This document shows, piece after piece, positions 16,520-25,152 of a DNA stretch of 64,000 bases. The notes beneath the pieces were generated by a model. The model did not search any database. It had not been told where the DNA came from and saw only the letters and a list, made by a program, of their open reading frames with translations. Source of the stretch: a virus. The stretch is taken from IMG/VR virus record IMGVR_UViG_3300045988_174992, one strand, 5' to 3'. Every line of letters starts with the position of its first letter. The stretch's first letter is position 1. The position numbers and the translations under genes were made by a program.

Positions 16520-18451
16520 ATGATACATTTTAAATATTCAAATAAAGCTAATCAATATGTTTTTTTAAAGATAGATGGTTATAACGATTTAAAAGCTATT
16601 GCAAAACTTAAAGAAAAGATAAATTTAGTAGACCCAATATGTTATTTAAAATCATATCAAGGTACTCCATATACACAAGATTTTCTTTATGAATATGTTC
16701 AAAAATCTGGACAGAAAGTTTGGTATGCAAGTATTGGATTAACCCAAACTATTTGCAATATATTAAAAGAAAATAATTATGAATATGATGGAATACAAAA
16801 AGAAAAATATTTAACTGAATTTAATTTATCTTTTGAAGAATTCAAAAAAATAGTTGACAGTTGGAATTTGAAGTATACACCAAGACCATATCAGTATGAA
16901 GGGGCATATAAAATATTGCAATGGAAGCGATCAACATCTGTATTTGCTACAAGAGCTGGTAAGACTATGCTTAGTTATATAGTTTTCAGGTATGCAAGAG
17001 AATATCTTGGTGTACGTAGAATATTAATGATTGTACCAAGTATTGACTTAGTAAAGCAAGGATATTCTGACTTCAAAGAATATGGAGATTATTTCAACAG
17101 TGAATGTCTTTGGTCTGGTGGTAAGTTGGTTGAATCATCTGACTTGACAATTACAACATTCCAAACACTTGTGAATTTCTTAAATAAGAATTCAAAACGT
17201 TACAATCCACATTTCTTTGATGGTAATGGAATAGATAGATGTGGATATGATATGGTGTTTGTTGATGAAACACATCGTGCTACAGCTAAATCTATTAAGG
17301 ATATAATAAGCCAGCCATTCATGTCAAATGTGAAGATAGCATTTGGAATGACAGGTACTTTACCAAAAGATTTCACTATAGAAAGACACTGTATCAATGC
17401 ATTGCTAGGTCCTAAGATACAAGAATTGAATCCAAAAGACTTACAAGATGGCGGCTATATTTCTGATGTTAAGATAACACAGTGCAGATTGCAATATATG
17501 AATGAATGGCAATCCATTAAAGATTGGATAAAATGCGCAGAATATTGTTTGTCAATATTTGAGGAAGTACCTAATAAGAAGAATCCAAAGAAAATGGACC
17601 ATGTACCATTGACAGATCCAAAATTCTTAATTGCTTATAAGAAAAACCTACCACAAGGTATTATTGATGCTAAATGGAAGATATATGAAGAAAAGAAGCC
17701 AGATACCAGCAAGATGTCTGATGAACAATGGCAACAATATCAAGATTTACAGTATAAGCATTTTCTTCAGATGGTAATACAGGAATCTACAAAGACTAAT
17801 GCATTACATGTTGAAATGATGACTGTGCATTTCAAAGAAAGAAGAATAGATTGGTTGATAGCAAAGCTTAAGGATTGCCCTAACAATACATTGATTCTTG
17901 CACAACATCGTGAATATATAAAATATGTTTATGAAAGAGTTAAAGAAGCATACCCAGATAGAGAAGTCCTATATGTAATAGGTGGTTCTAAAGACAGAAA
18001 TATAGTGAAAGAAGTGATGAAAACCAAAAATAATGTGATACTGATCGCAGGGTATTCCATCATGAGCACTGGTATTACACTTTCTAATCTTTGTCATGGT
18101 TTCTTATTTGAATCATTCAAATCTCAAGTAATCAATATGCAATCTATTGGTAGAGGACTTGGTTTGTCAGATATGAAAGATGCTTATGAACTATATGATG
18201 TTACAGATCAATTTGATCCTAAGATAGCATCTAATAAAATATATCTCCAGGGTTTAGCCCGTTGTAAACTTTATAAAGAACAAAAATGGTCTTATAATAT
18301 AGAAGAAATTCCTTTGGAAGATTGTGTACATATAGATCAAAGAATAGTTGACTTTGTATATAAGAAGAAACCAAAGATAGAAGAAAAGAAAAAGAAAGAA
18401 CAAAATGCCAATGGAAGCTTGGGATTTTTAGAACAAGATTTATTTAAATAA
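16520..18451 (+). CDS. Superfamily-2 (DExH) DNA/RNA helicase
   Basis: Motif I ATRAGKTM, motif II VFVDETHRA, motif III GMTGTLP, motif VI QSIGRGLG. 643 aa. Confidence 0.8.
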   Translation: MIHFKYSNKANQYVFLKIDGYNDLKAIAKLKEKINLVDPICYLKSYQGTPYTQDFLYEYVQKSGQKVWYASIGLTQTICNILKENNYEYDGIQKEKYLTEFNLSFEEFKKIVDSWNLKYTPRPYQYEGAYKILQWKRSTSVFATRAGKTMLSYIVFRYAREYLGVRRILMIVPSIDLVKQGYSDFKEYGDYFNSECLWSGGKLVESSDLTITTFQTLVNFLNKNSKRYNPHFFDGNGIDRCGYDMVFVDETHRATAKSIKDIISQPFMSNVKIAFGMTGTLPKDFTIERHCINALLGPKIQELNPKDLQDGGYISDVKITQCRLQYMNEWQSIKDWIKCAEYCLSIFEEVPNKKNPKKMDHVPLTDPKFLIAYKKNLPQGIIDAKWKIYEEKKPDTSKMSDEQWQQYQDLQYKHFLQMVIQESTKTNALHVEMMTVHFKERRIDWLIAKLKDCPNNTLILAQHREYIKYVYERVKEAYPDREVLYVIGGSKDRNIVKEVMKTKNNVILIAGYSIMSTGITLSNLCHGFLFESFKSQVINMQSIGRGLGLSDMKDAYELYDVTDQFDPKIASNKIYLQGLARCKLYKEQKWSYNIEEIPLEDCVHIDQRIVDFVYKKKPKIEEKKKKEQNANGSLGFLEQDLFK

Positions 18452-18459
18452 AATACAAT

Positions 18460-18705
18460 ATGAAAAAATTAAGTGAATTGGTAAATGAAAAGCTATCTGA
18501 TATAGAAGGTAAATGGGATCCACCAGAAGGATTGTTTGCAAAGAACAATCCTAGAGAGATAGCTCAAATACTTTTAGATGCTTCAGATTCAGAAGGTCAA
18601 GCAATGAAAAGACTTGTATTCTATATGAACAGAGCAGGAGAAGATTGTCCTAATAAAACAGTTTTGAATAAAGTAAAAGATATATTGAGAAGCAATACAA
18701 AATGA
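18460..18705 (+). CDS. DUF3175-like small protein with CTS-like leader (MKKLSELVNE)
   Basis: 81 aa. AMKRLVFYMNRAGEDCPNKTVLNKV resembles the DUF3175 signature (..L.FYINRAGKNL..) from memory. Confidence 0.5.
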   Translation: MKKLSELVNEKLSDIEGKWDPPEGLFAKNNPREIAQILLDASDSEGQAMKRLVFYMNRAGEDCPNKTVLNKVKDILRSNTK

Positions 18706-18726
18706 GGAAGACTTAAGTCTTCCTCA
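18703..18726. terminator. Bidirectional hairpin between convergent genes
   Basis: TGAGGAAGAC-TTAA-GTCTTCCTCA, with T-run ATTTTTATT on the plus strand. Confidence 0.7.
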
Positions 18727-18732
18727 TTTTTA

Positions 18733-19068
18733 TTATGCATTCTTAATTTTTGTTAATTCATCATTGAGACTATTTAATATTTTCTTTTGTTGTTTTACTA
18801 ATTTAGGGAATTTAAACAACATTTTTATTGAAGGATTTTCTTGTAATTGTTTTATTTCTTTAAATACAGGCACCATATCTTTTAAATGCTTAACAATAAT
18901 TTCTTTTGCTTTATCAAGTTCATCCTGATCAAGTTTTCTATCAGCATTTTTTTCTGTACTTTTAATTATAAATTCAGCAATGCCATCAAAATCACTATTA
19001 TCATTCAAACCTTGTAATAACACTGAAAGTTCATCTTTAAAATCAGTATTTTGATTTAGTTCTTTCAT
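18733..19068 (-). CDS. Hypothetical protein
   Basis: 111-aa ORF. Confidence 0.6.
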   Translation of the reverse strand: MKELNQNTDFKDELSVLLQGLNDNSDFDGIAEFIIKSTEKNADRKLDQDELDKAKEIIVKHLKDMVPVFKEIKQLQENPSIKMLFKFPKLVKQQKKILNSLNDELTKIKNA

Positions 19069-19105
19069 TTATGAATAAATTTAATGATTTCATTTTATAT
19101 ATTAT

Positions 19106-19306
19106 CTAGTTTGATTTTTGATTTTTATGACCTACATGCCACTTATTGCAATAATTACAATAATATGGTTCTAAATAATCATTCTTTTGCCTATATAAAA
19201 ATAAAATTGCATCCTCTTTAGAAGAAAAAGCAATTTTGCTATGTTTGTTCTTGTTATAATGTGATCTTTTTGTTTGAGATATTTTCTCTGGCAACTTAAG
19301 AAACAT
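19106..19306 (-). CDS. Small basic Cys/His protein
   Basis: 66 aa. YYCNYCNKWHVGH suggests a zinc-binding knuckle. TAG stop. Confidence 0.5.
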   Translation of the reverse strand: MFLKLPEKISQTKRSHYNKNKHSKIAFSSKEDAILFLYRQKNDYLEPYYCNYCNKWHVGHKNQKSN

Positions 19307-19326
19307 TAAACATTCTATATTTGTTT

Positions 19327-19545
19327 TTAATTTAAAATTTGAGTGAGATAGTCAATTGCTTCATCTCCTTCAATATCAGTAATAGAAATATCTCCATCCA
19401 AATCCATTATTTCTTCAAGATTCATTTTAAATGACTCAACTGTTTCTGGATATCCGTCAAATGAAGAAAATGGAAGAACTTCATTTTGTTCCATGGTTTC
19501 CAACTTACTAATAGCATCACTCAATTTAAAATTCATTTTATTCAT
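19327..19545 (-). CDS. Hypothetical protein (leaderless paralogue of 19574-19822)
   Basis: 72 aa. FKLSDAISKLETME and TVESFKMNLEEIMDLDGDISITDIEGDEAIDYL align with the neighbour. Confidence 0.55.
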   Translation of the reverse strand: MNKMNFKLSDAISKLETMEQNEVLPFSSFDGYPETVESFKMNLEEIMDLDGDISITDIEGDEAIDYLTQILN

Positions 19546-19573
19546 AATTTTAATAATCTTTATTTTGTTTAAC

Positions 19574-19822
19574 TTATTTCATCAAATCAATAAGGTACTT
19601 CTTAGCTTCCTTATGAGTGATTTCATTAATATCAACATCACCAACAATGTCAATAACACCTCTAAGATCATTTCTGAATGTTTCTACAGTATATTCTTTC
19701 TTAGGATCTGAGTACTCATCATAAAATCCAAGCTTCTGCTTAGGATCCATACCTGCTAATCTGTTATATGCTTGAGAAAGCTTTATTGATTTTCCTTCAA
19801 GAATTTCTACTAATGTCTTCAT
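19574..19822 (-). CDS. Hypothetical protein with CTS-like leader (MKTLVEILE)
   Basis: 82 aa. Paralogue of 19327-19545 plus about 10 extra N-terminal residues. Confidence 0.6.
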   Translation of the reverse strand: MKTLVEILEGKSIKLSQAYNRLAGMDPKQKLGFYDEYSDPKKEYTVETFRNDLRGVIDIVGDVDINEITHKEAKKYLIDLMK

Positions 19823-19856
19823 TTATGTATAAATAAAATTTAAATAAAAATAAGAT

Positions 19857-20135
19857 TTAAATAAATCTAAACAGATTATTCCAATTTACTTTTTGAAAAT
19901 TCTCAATAAAATTCTTAAATGTGACTGGAGCCATACACCATTCTTTTGCTACTTCTTCAGGAGTTGCATCTTCATGACCATTATTGACCCAATCACGAAC
20001 ATCAGTGGCAAGATCAGATAAGATAACAGCATTTTCATCTGTATGTAAATATCTTACCGTGGTGAATGCAAATCCATCTAATATTTGATAATCAATCAAT
20101 TCATTGATTACATCTAAAGTTTCTTTTACTGTCAT
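19857..20135 (-). CDS. Hypothetical protein
   Basis: 92-aa ORF. Frame verified codon by codon. Confidence 0.6.
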   Translation of the reverse strand: MTVKETLDVINELIDYQILDGFAFTTVRYLHTDENAVILSDLATDVRDWVNNGHEDATPEEVAKEWCMAPVTFKNFIENFQKVNWNNLFRFI

Positions 20136-20152
20136 AGTTAATTGAATTTAGA

Positions 20153-20545
20153 TTAGTCTTCTGGTTCATCAAGAGTATCAGTTCCAAGAATGTAATCTGT
20201 AGAACTCAGAACTAAGGCACAATACTTCATAATGTCATAGTCATGATGATTCTTATCTAATACATCTACTAACTGATTTAAGAAAACTTTCTGATTAGTG
20301 ATATATTCAAACAATGTATCTGCGATATCAAGATACTGTGGAGTGTTCTCCTCTTTGTAGCCCATGTTTACATAAGACTTATAGATCTTACAAACAATCT
20401 CATAAACTACACTCTTGAGAGCTTCATTTGTCAAGTTCTTCATGTTGTGCTCTAACTGGTTGTGTACCTGTAAGAAACGGAATGCGATAGAAGTTGGAGC
20501 ACTCAAGTTGAAATTGTTTACTGTATTTGAATTCATCATAATCAT
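20153..20545 (-). CDS. Hypothetical protein
   Basis: 130-aa ORF. The start context TTTTTATGATTATG is shared with the genes at 8879 and 57566. Confidence 0.65.
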   Translation of the reverse strand: MIMMNSNTVNNFNLSAPTSIAFRFLQVHNQLEHNMKNLTNEALKSVVYEIVCKIYKSYVNMGYKEENTPQYLDIADTLFEYITNQKVFLNQLVDVLDKNHHDYDIMKYCALVLSSTDYILGTDTLDEPED

Positions 20546-20580
20546 AAAAATTAAATTGTTCTACATTATTTTAACATATC

Positions 20581-20610
20581 TAATATAGAAAAGTTGAATT
20601 AAAATTCAAA
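20581..20610 (-). promoter_or_regulatory. Promoter-family member P4a
   Basis: Minus strand reads TTTGAATTTTAATTCAACTTTTCTATATTA. Confidence 0.6.
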
Positions 20611-20637
20611 CTTTTATTTCCTGTTAACTTTAGTTAA

Positions 20638-20666
20638 CATATAGAACAATCTTCTAAAATTTCAAA
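20638..20666 (-). promoter_or_regulatory. Promoter-family member P4b (tandem with P4a)
   Basis: Minus strand reads TTTGAAATTTTAGAAGATTGTTCTATATG. Overlaps the stop of the NUDIX gene. Confidence 0.55.
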
Positions 20667-21225
20667 ATATTGGCAAAAAAGTTTGGCCTAAATTGAATTT
20701 TATTGTATTAAGAAGCATTCTTGTATGTTGATATTGCTCTTCTTTAATATCAAACAATGAAATGCAATTTGACTCATCATCAAACAATTCTTGGATAGAC
20801 TTCCAGATAGCCGTTGCATGGTCAAAAGCCAAATCATCTTTCCTTAGACCTACCAATGATACCCATTGTACTGTTGATGCATCATCTTTTGCTTTTATCA
20901 AACCTTCAAAATCATCATGAACTGTATCAGCATATACAATAGAAATGCATCTTTCTCGTGGATCTCTTCCTTCTTTAGTAAGAGCACAAACTTGAAACAT
21001 ATAACTCAAGCTCAAGTTTGTCTCTTCCTTAAGTTCACGAATAGCGGCACTCATAGCAGATCTGTCTTCTGGATCTAAGAATCCACCAGGAAGAGCTAGC
21101 TTTCCTTTGAATGGTTCATTCTTACGAGTGATGAGCAACACCTTTGGATTATTTGGATCCTTTAAATTGAAAATCACGTTATCTACTGTAACTGCATAAT
21201 GTACGTATTCGTATGTATAACTCAT
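20662..21225 (-). CDS. NUDIX hydrolase
   Basis: Nudix box GGFLDPEDRSAMSAAIRELKEETNL (GX5EX7REUXEEXGU). The ORF-track start at 21261 is a TTG lying inside the promoter box TTGTTCTATATT, so the ATG at 21225 (MSYTYEY) is used. Confidence 0.85.
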   Translation of the reverse strand: MSYTYEYVHYAVTVDNVIFNLKDPNNPKVLLITRKNEPFKGKLALPGGFLDPEDRSAMSAAIRELKEETNLSLSYMFQVCALTKEGRDPRERCISIVYADTVHDDFEGLIKAKDDASTVQWVSLVGLRKDDLAFDHATAIWKSIQELFDDESNCISLFDIKEEQYQHTRMLLNTIKFNLGQTFLPIF

Positions 21226-21249
21226 AATTATTATTTTTTGTTCGAATAT

Positions 21250-21278
21250 AATATAGAACAATTTTTAAAAATTTCAAA
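21250..21278 (-). promoter_or_regulatory. Promoter-family member P5
   Basis: Minus strand reads TTTGAAATTTTTAAAAATTGTTCTATATT. Sits 25 nt upstream of ATG 21225. Confidence 0.7.
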
Positions 21279-21304
21279 TAAATATCATTTTAGAATACAA
21301 AAAA

Positions 21305-21399
21305 TATTCACACAGGTAGCGTAAAATTTTCTTAGGTTATAATTTATACTCCTAAACAATTTTCCGCTCCCTGTGTGACCCAGGCGCTTTACTAGTGAA
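21305..21399 (-). repeat. 95-bp intergenic repeat family, copy C2
   Basis: AAAGCGCCTGGGTCACACAGGGAGCGGAAA ... TTTACGCTACCTGTGTGAATA. Inverted repeat of 9+4 bp with a compensated inner pair relative to C1. Confidence 0.85.
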
Positions 21400-21414
21400 T
21401 CCTTCGCTTATATG

Positions 21415-21765
21415 CTATCGTATAGTCCTTTTAGTCAATCTATAAGTACCATCTTCATATTTGATTATCCTATAAAACGTCCAGTTGCTTGACTTCATCC
21501 ATCCATAAGTTGATATGTCTTTCTTTGATTCATATCCTCTCATAGGTGAATATACCCATTCTACAGGATATATTGCTAATGTATCAGCAATACATACACT
21601 ATCTATAAAATGACGATCAACTATTGTATCAAGTTCATATTGCATTGTTGTATTGTCAATTTCTTTTGGTGTACCACAAGACATGAAGAAGAATGACAAT
21701 ATAATAGCAAACATCAATATCCAAGTAATTACTGTAGCTTGCATTTGTGTGAGATTTCTTTTCAT
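21415..21765 (-). CDS. Putative lipoprotein
   Basis: 116 aa. Signal-peptide-like N-terminus WILMFAIILSFFFMSCG with a lipobox-like Cys. Confidence 0.6.
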   Translation of the reverse strand: MKRNLTQMQATVITWILMFAIILSFFFMSCGTPKEIDNTTMQYELDTIVDRHFIDSVCIADTLAIYPVEWVYSPMRGYESKKDISTYGWMKSSNWTFYRIIKYEDGTYRLTKRTIR

Positions 21766-21800
21766 CTAATTTTTAAATATATATTTGATTAATAATCATC

Positions 21801-22421
21801 ATGAGAATGTTAGGTTGTAAAGCATCAAAGATAGATGCTCATGATAAGAAGATCACCAAGAATTTGACTAATAAGATTCCTGATGAATATAGCTTTGTAA
21901 ATTATCTTAGTCCAATAACAGATCAAGGTTCAACAAACATGTGTGTCACCCATGCTCTTGCATGCTTTTTGAATTGGATTACTGATATGAAGTTGAAGAC
22001 TTCAAGGAAAGACAACAATATTGATTTGAAACAGATATATAATGCAAGATCAGATAAGGATCATGATAATGGCATGTCTATCAAAGAAGCATTGTCATTG
22101 GCAAGAACACATGGTATAAAATCAAATGTTGGAACTATAAAAATCCATGACTTTGCAATGATAGGAAGTGAACAAATCTTGAAGCAAGCAATATTATGCA
22201 ATGGTCCAGTATTGATAGCGTTACCAGTATATGACAGTTCAAGAAATGATTTTTGGAACGGAGCAGAATTAGAAGGAGGTCATTGTGTTGCTGTTGTTGG
22301 ATATGATAAGAATGGTTTTATTATAAGAAACAGCTGGGGTAGAAGTTATGGAAGAAATGGATATTGGACTTTACCTTATACTGAATTCAATAAGATAAAG
22401 GAGATTTGGACATGCATATAA
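21801..22421 (+). CDS. Papain-family (C1) cysteine peptidase
   Basis: DQGSTNMCVTHA (catalytic Gln/Cys region), GGHCVAVVGYD (His), IIRNSWGRSYGRNGYW (Asn/Trp). Confidence 0.8.
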   Translation: MRMLGCKASKIDAHDKKITKNLTNKIPDEYSFVNYLSPITDQGSTNMCVTHALACFLNWITDMKLKTSRKDNNIDLKQIYNARSDKDHDNGMSIKEALSLARTHGIKSNVGTIKIHDFAMIGSEQILKQAILCNGPVLIALPVYDSSRNDFWNGAELEGGHCVAVVGYDKNGFIIRNSWGRSYGRNGYWTLPYTEFNKIKEIWTCI

Positions 22422-22433
22422 ATCAATGAACAA

Positions 22434-22457
22434 AAGGTCAAGCTGTTGCTTGACCTT
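22434..22457. terminator. Bidirectional hairpin between convergent genes
   Basis: AAGGTCAAGC-TGTT-GCTTGACCTT. Overlaps the last codons of 22438-23073. Confidence 0.6.
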
Positions 22458-23073
22458 CATTAGTTTTGTTAGTAGTTGTGGTTGTGTATTTTCTTTGATT
22501 TAAGCGTGCTGTCATTTCTTCAATAAACTCTCTAGAACCTTTTATTACCATCTTACCATTACCATCATCTTCTTTATCTTTTTCTTCAAATGATTTTTGG
22601 CATTCTTCTTGCATCATTCTGAATATATCTTCTAGTTTAGTAACAACATCATCAAGTTGCTTCTGTATAGATAATGTAGAATTCTGCAATGATGTAAGAG
22701 ACTGATATAATGTTGACTTTGACATGGACAACGCTATGGCCATTATAATACTGTCTTGTGCCTTCTCATTTATAGTGAGCATTTTGAGAAGTCTCCTTAT
22801 GCTTTGCATTTCTGTTTGGATTTTACAGACAATATAAGGATGTTCATCAACATACTTTGCATCAAAATAATATCCTGAAAGACGTTCTACTATGAACTGA
22901 GCTTGTGTTGCAGATTCAGATTCTACTTTCTCTAAATCTAGATCAAGCTTAGGCATTTCAAGCTCTTCTTCTGGATCATCAGTCAAAACCGGATCAGATT
23001 CATTCAACATTGTATCAATGTCATTCCATTCAGGGTTTTCTTTATCAACCTTTTTCCATCCAGTTTTACTCAT
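22438..23073 (-). CDS. Hypothetical protein
   Basis: 211-aa ORF. Acidic N-terminal third. Confidence 0.7.
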   Translation of the reverse strand: MSKTGWKKVDKENPEWNDIDTMLNESDPVLTDDPEEELEMPKLDLDLEKVESESATQAQFIVERLSGYYFDAKYVDEHPYIVCKIQTEMQSIRRLLKMLTINEKAQDSIIMAIALSMSKSTLYQSLTSLQNSTLSIQKQLDDVVTKLEDIFRMMQEECQKSFEEKDKEDDGNGKMVIKGSREFIEEMTARLNQRKYTTTTTNKTNEGQATA

Positions 23074-23115
23074 TCAAATTCTACATAAAATATATTTGAT
23101 TAAAAATAAATTAGA

Positions 23116-23415
23116 TCAATCATTTTTCTTAACTACCTTATAGAACTTAGAATTTTCTTTGATTCTGTATTCTCCTTTTACCTTCTTTTTCAATTCTTCT
23201 GGATCATTGAGCAAGTCAGTGCTGAATCCAAAAGTAATGATATGCAGCTTACCATCCTCAAGATAATCATATTTACCATAGATGAATACTTTGTTTCCAA
23301 CAATTGTCTTATGGAAACCTACAAGTTCACCAGGAACTACGGTATTTCCAAAATTATCTGTTACTGCACCTTTAATATTATTAAACATATCTTTAAACTG
23401 TCCCATTGTAATCAT
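23116..23415 (-). CDS. Hypothetical protein (start trimmed)
   Basis: The ORF-track start at 23445 is a TTG inside the promoter box TTGTTCTATTTT. ATG at 23415 (MITMGQ) or 23406 (MGQFKD) is more plausible. Confidence 0.6.
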   Translation of the reverse strand: MITMGQFKDMFNNIKGAVTDNFGNTVVPGELVGFHKTIVGNKVFIYGKYDYLEDGKLHIITFGFSTDLLNDPEELKKKVKGEYRIKENSKFYKVVKKND

Positions 23416-23433
23416 TATTTTTTGTTCAGAGAT

Positions 23434-23462
23434 AAAATAGAACAATTATGATTTATTTCAAA
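23434..23462 (-). promoter_or_regulatory. Promoter-family member P6
   Basis: Minus strand reads TTTGAAATAAATCATAATTGTTCTATTTT. Confidence 0.6.
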
Positions 23463-23486
23463 TTTTTATATGGGATTTTTAAAAAA

Positions 23487-25127
23487 TTATGCACTTGCAC
23501 TTCCTTGCATATCTATTATCTTTCTAGCTGTATCATTTATCATAAGATGTTGGCTTGTAGGATACTGTTGCAGTAATTCTGATACATTATCTATATAAGA
23601 ATCAAAAAGCTTGAAGTTAGTAACTGTACCTGGTATACCATTTATCATTACATCTTGCTTTTCATCTTCTACCATTTCTACATTCCATTTTGCTACTTTA
23701 TGTGCTGTCAAATTATTCAAGTCAAACTTGTAATGTGCTGGTTGCAACTTATATAGAGGGATATTTTCATTATAAGAATATTCCGAAACTCCTAATTCTA
23801 CTACATTCCTAGATTTAGACCATCTTAAATATATGAAATAATGATTGTCAGTAATATTGGCATCTTGTTTAGGTAAGTATACAGAACAATCTTCTACATT
23901 ATCTAAACTTACTTTGATTCTTCTGTTTGTCATTTTCAATCTAAGTATGATATGACCTATCTTTATGAGTTCAGAATCATAATCATACATTCCATTCAAA
24001 CCAACAATAATGCTTGTACTACCTTCTTCACCACAATATTTTCTTTGATATACTATCTTATTCTTAAGTCTGTATAGTGATGATGGATCAAACTTGTAAC
24101 ATCTGTCACTTATCAATGTTCCTCTTTGATAGATATTTGTATCTACAAAGTTTGTACCTTCTGATGTAACATACTTTCGGCAAGAATCGGATTCATATAC
24201 AGGGTACATGCCATTTCCAGAATATGTTGGAGCTTCTGTTGTTTCTTCTCCACTATCTAATCCTTCTTTATCTCCAAACAAATCTTCATACTTTGTCTTT
24301 ACTAAGCTATCTATAGTAGAATCAAAATCTCCTAAGTCAACAGAACCCTTTTCTTGATATTTTACTAATGCCAATTTGAATGTAGTATTGTTCCACATCA
24401 ATGAACCATTCTTCTCTTCGTATGCTTCATTTACCATCCACATCCTTTTCATCATTGGAATATATATCAAATCACCTTCCATTGGCTGTGCAGTAATTCC
24501 AAAAGCCGTAGCAAACATTGTCTTGCTTATCTCGGTTTCCCAATCAGTTTGCCAATCTAATCCAAAATCAGAAAATTCTGGTTTGCTGCTTGGCATCTGA
24601 CCTTCATTTACTATAAGCTTTATCTGCTTTACTGATTCTACATTCATGAGAGTATACTCTTTAAACGTGATATCTTTAGAACCAGAATCAGGCTTAAGTT
24701 TGAAGTAGTATATAGGTATACCAATCATACAAGCAACGCTATCAGATAATGATTGCTGCAAAGCTATAGCTGAAGTAAGACCAGCATAAGGATTGTATTT
24801 GTTAGATGATTCACAAGATGGTGATGAGATGCTTGAAGCAATAGAAGTAGTATAGTCTACACTTTCATCACCATCTTTTACATCATTAACAACACCATTT
24901 ACTTTAAACTTTATGTAGAAATCAGATGGACTATCAACCAGTATTTTTTCTGCATCACCATAGGAAGCAAAACATGACCAATTGATACCATCATAACTCC
25001 ACGATACCTCTAAGCATGATGTATCATATTTTACATCATCACAACCAAGTATAGATATTGATGACATATCATTAATAGCCATTGTCAACAATACCTCTTG
25101 AGCAGGCATACAACTATTGAAATCCAT
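23487..25127 (-). CDS. Large hypothetical protein (possibly virion-associated)
   Basis: 546-aa ORF immediately downstream of the peptidoglycan hydrolase. No motif recognised. Confidence 0.7.
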   Translation of the reverse strand: MDFNSCMPAQEVLLTMAINDMSSISILGCDDVKYDTSCLEVSWSYDGINWSCFASYGDAEKILVDSPSDFYIKFKVNGVVNDVKDGDESVDYTTSIASSISSPSCESSNKYNPYAGLTSAIALQQSLSDSVACMIGIPIYYFKLKPDSGSKDITFKEYTLMNVESVKQIKLIVNEGQMPSSKPEFSDFGLDWQTDWETEISKTMFATAFGITAQPMEGDLIYIPMMKRMWMVNEAYEEKNGSLMWNNTTFKLALVKYQEKGSVDLGDFDSTIDSLVKTKYEDLFGDKEGLDSGEETTEAPTYSGNGMYPVYESDSCRKYVTSEGTNFVDTNIYQRGTLISDRCYKFDPSSLYRLKNKIVYQRKYCGEEGSTSIIVGLNGMYDYDSELIKIGHIILRLKMTNRRIKVSLDNVEDCSVYLPKQDANITDNHYFIYLRWSKSRNVVELGVSEYSYNENIPLYKLQPAHYKFDLNNLTAHKVAKWNVEMVEDEKQDVMINGIPGTVTNFKLFDSYIDNVSELLQQYPTSQHLMINDTARKIIDMQGSASA

Positions 25128-25152
25128 GATATTGCATATATATAACTAAATT

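Noticed and set aside
21226-21261. N-terminal extensions MFYIIFEQKIII (20662-21261) and MFYFISEQKIMIT (23116-23445) that look like a conserved peptide
   Set aside because: Both start at a TTG that is part of the promoter box TTGTTCTATWTT. The similarity is DNA-level promoter and leader conservation, not a shared protein motif.
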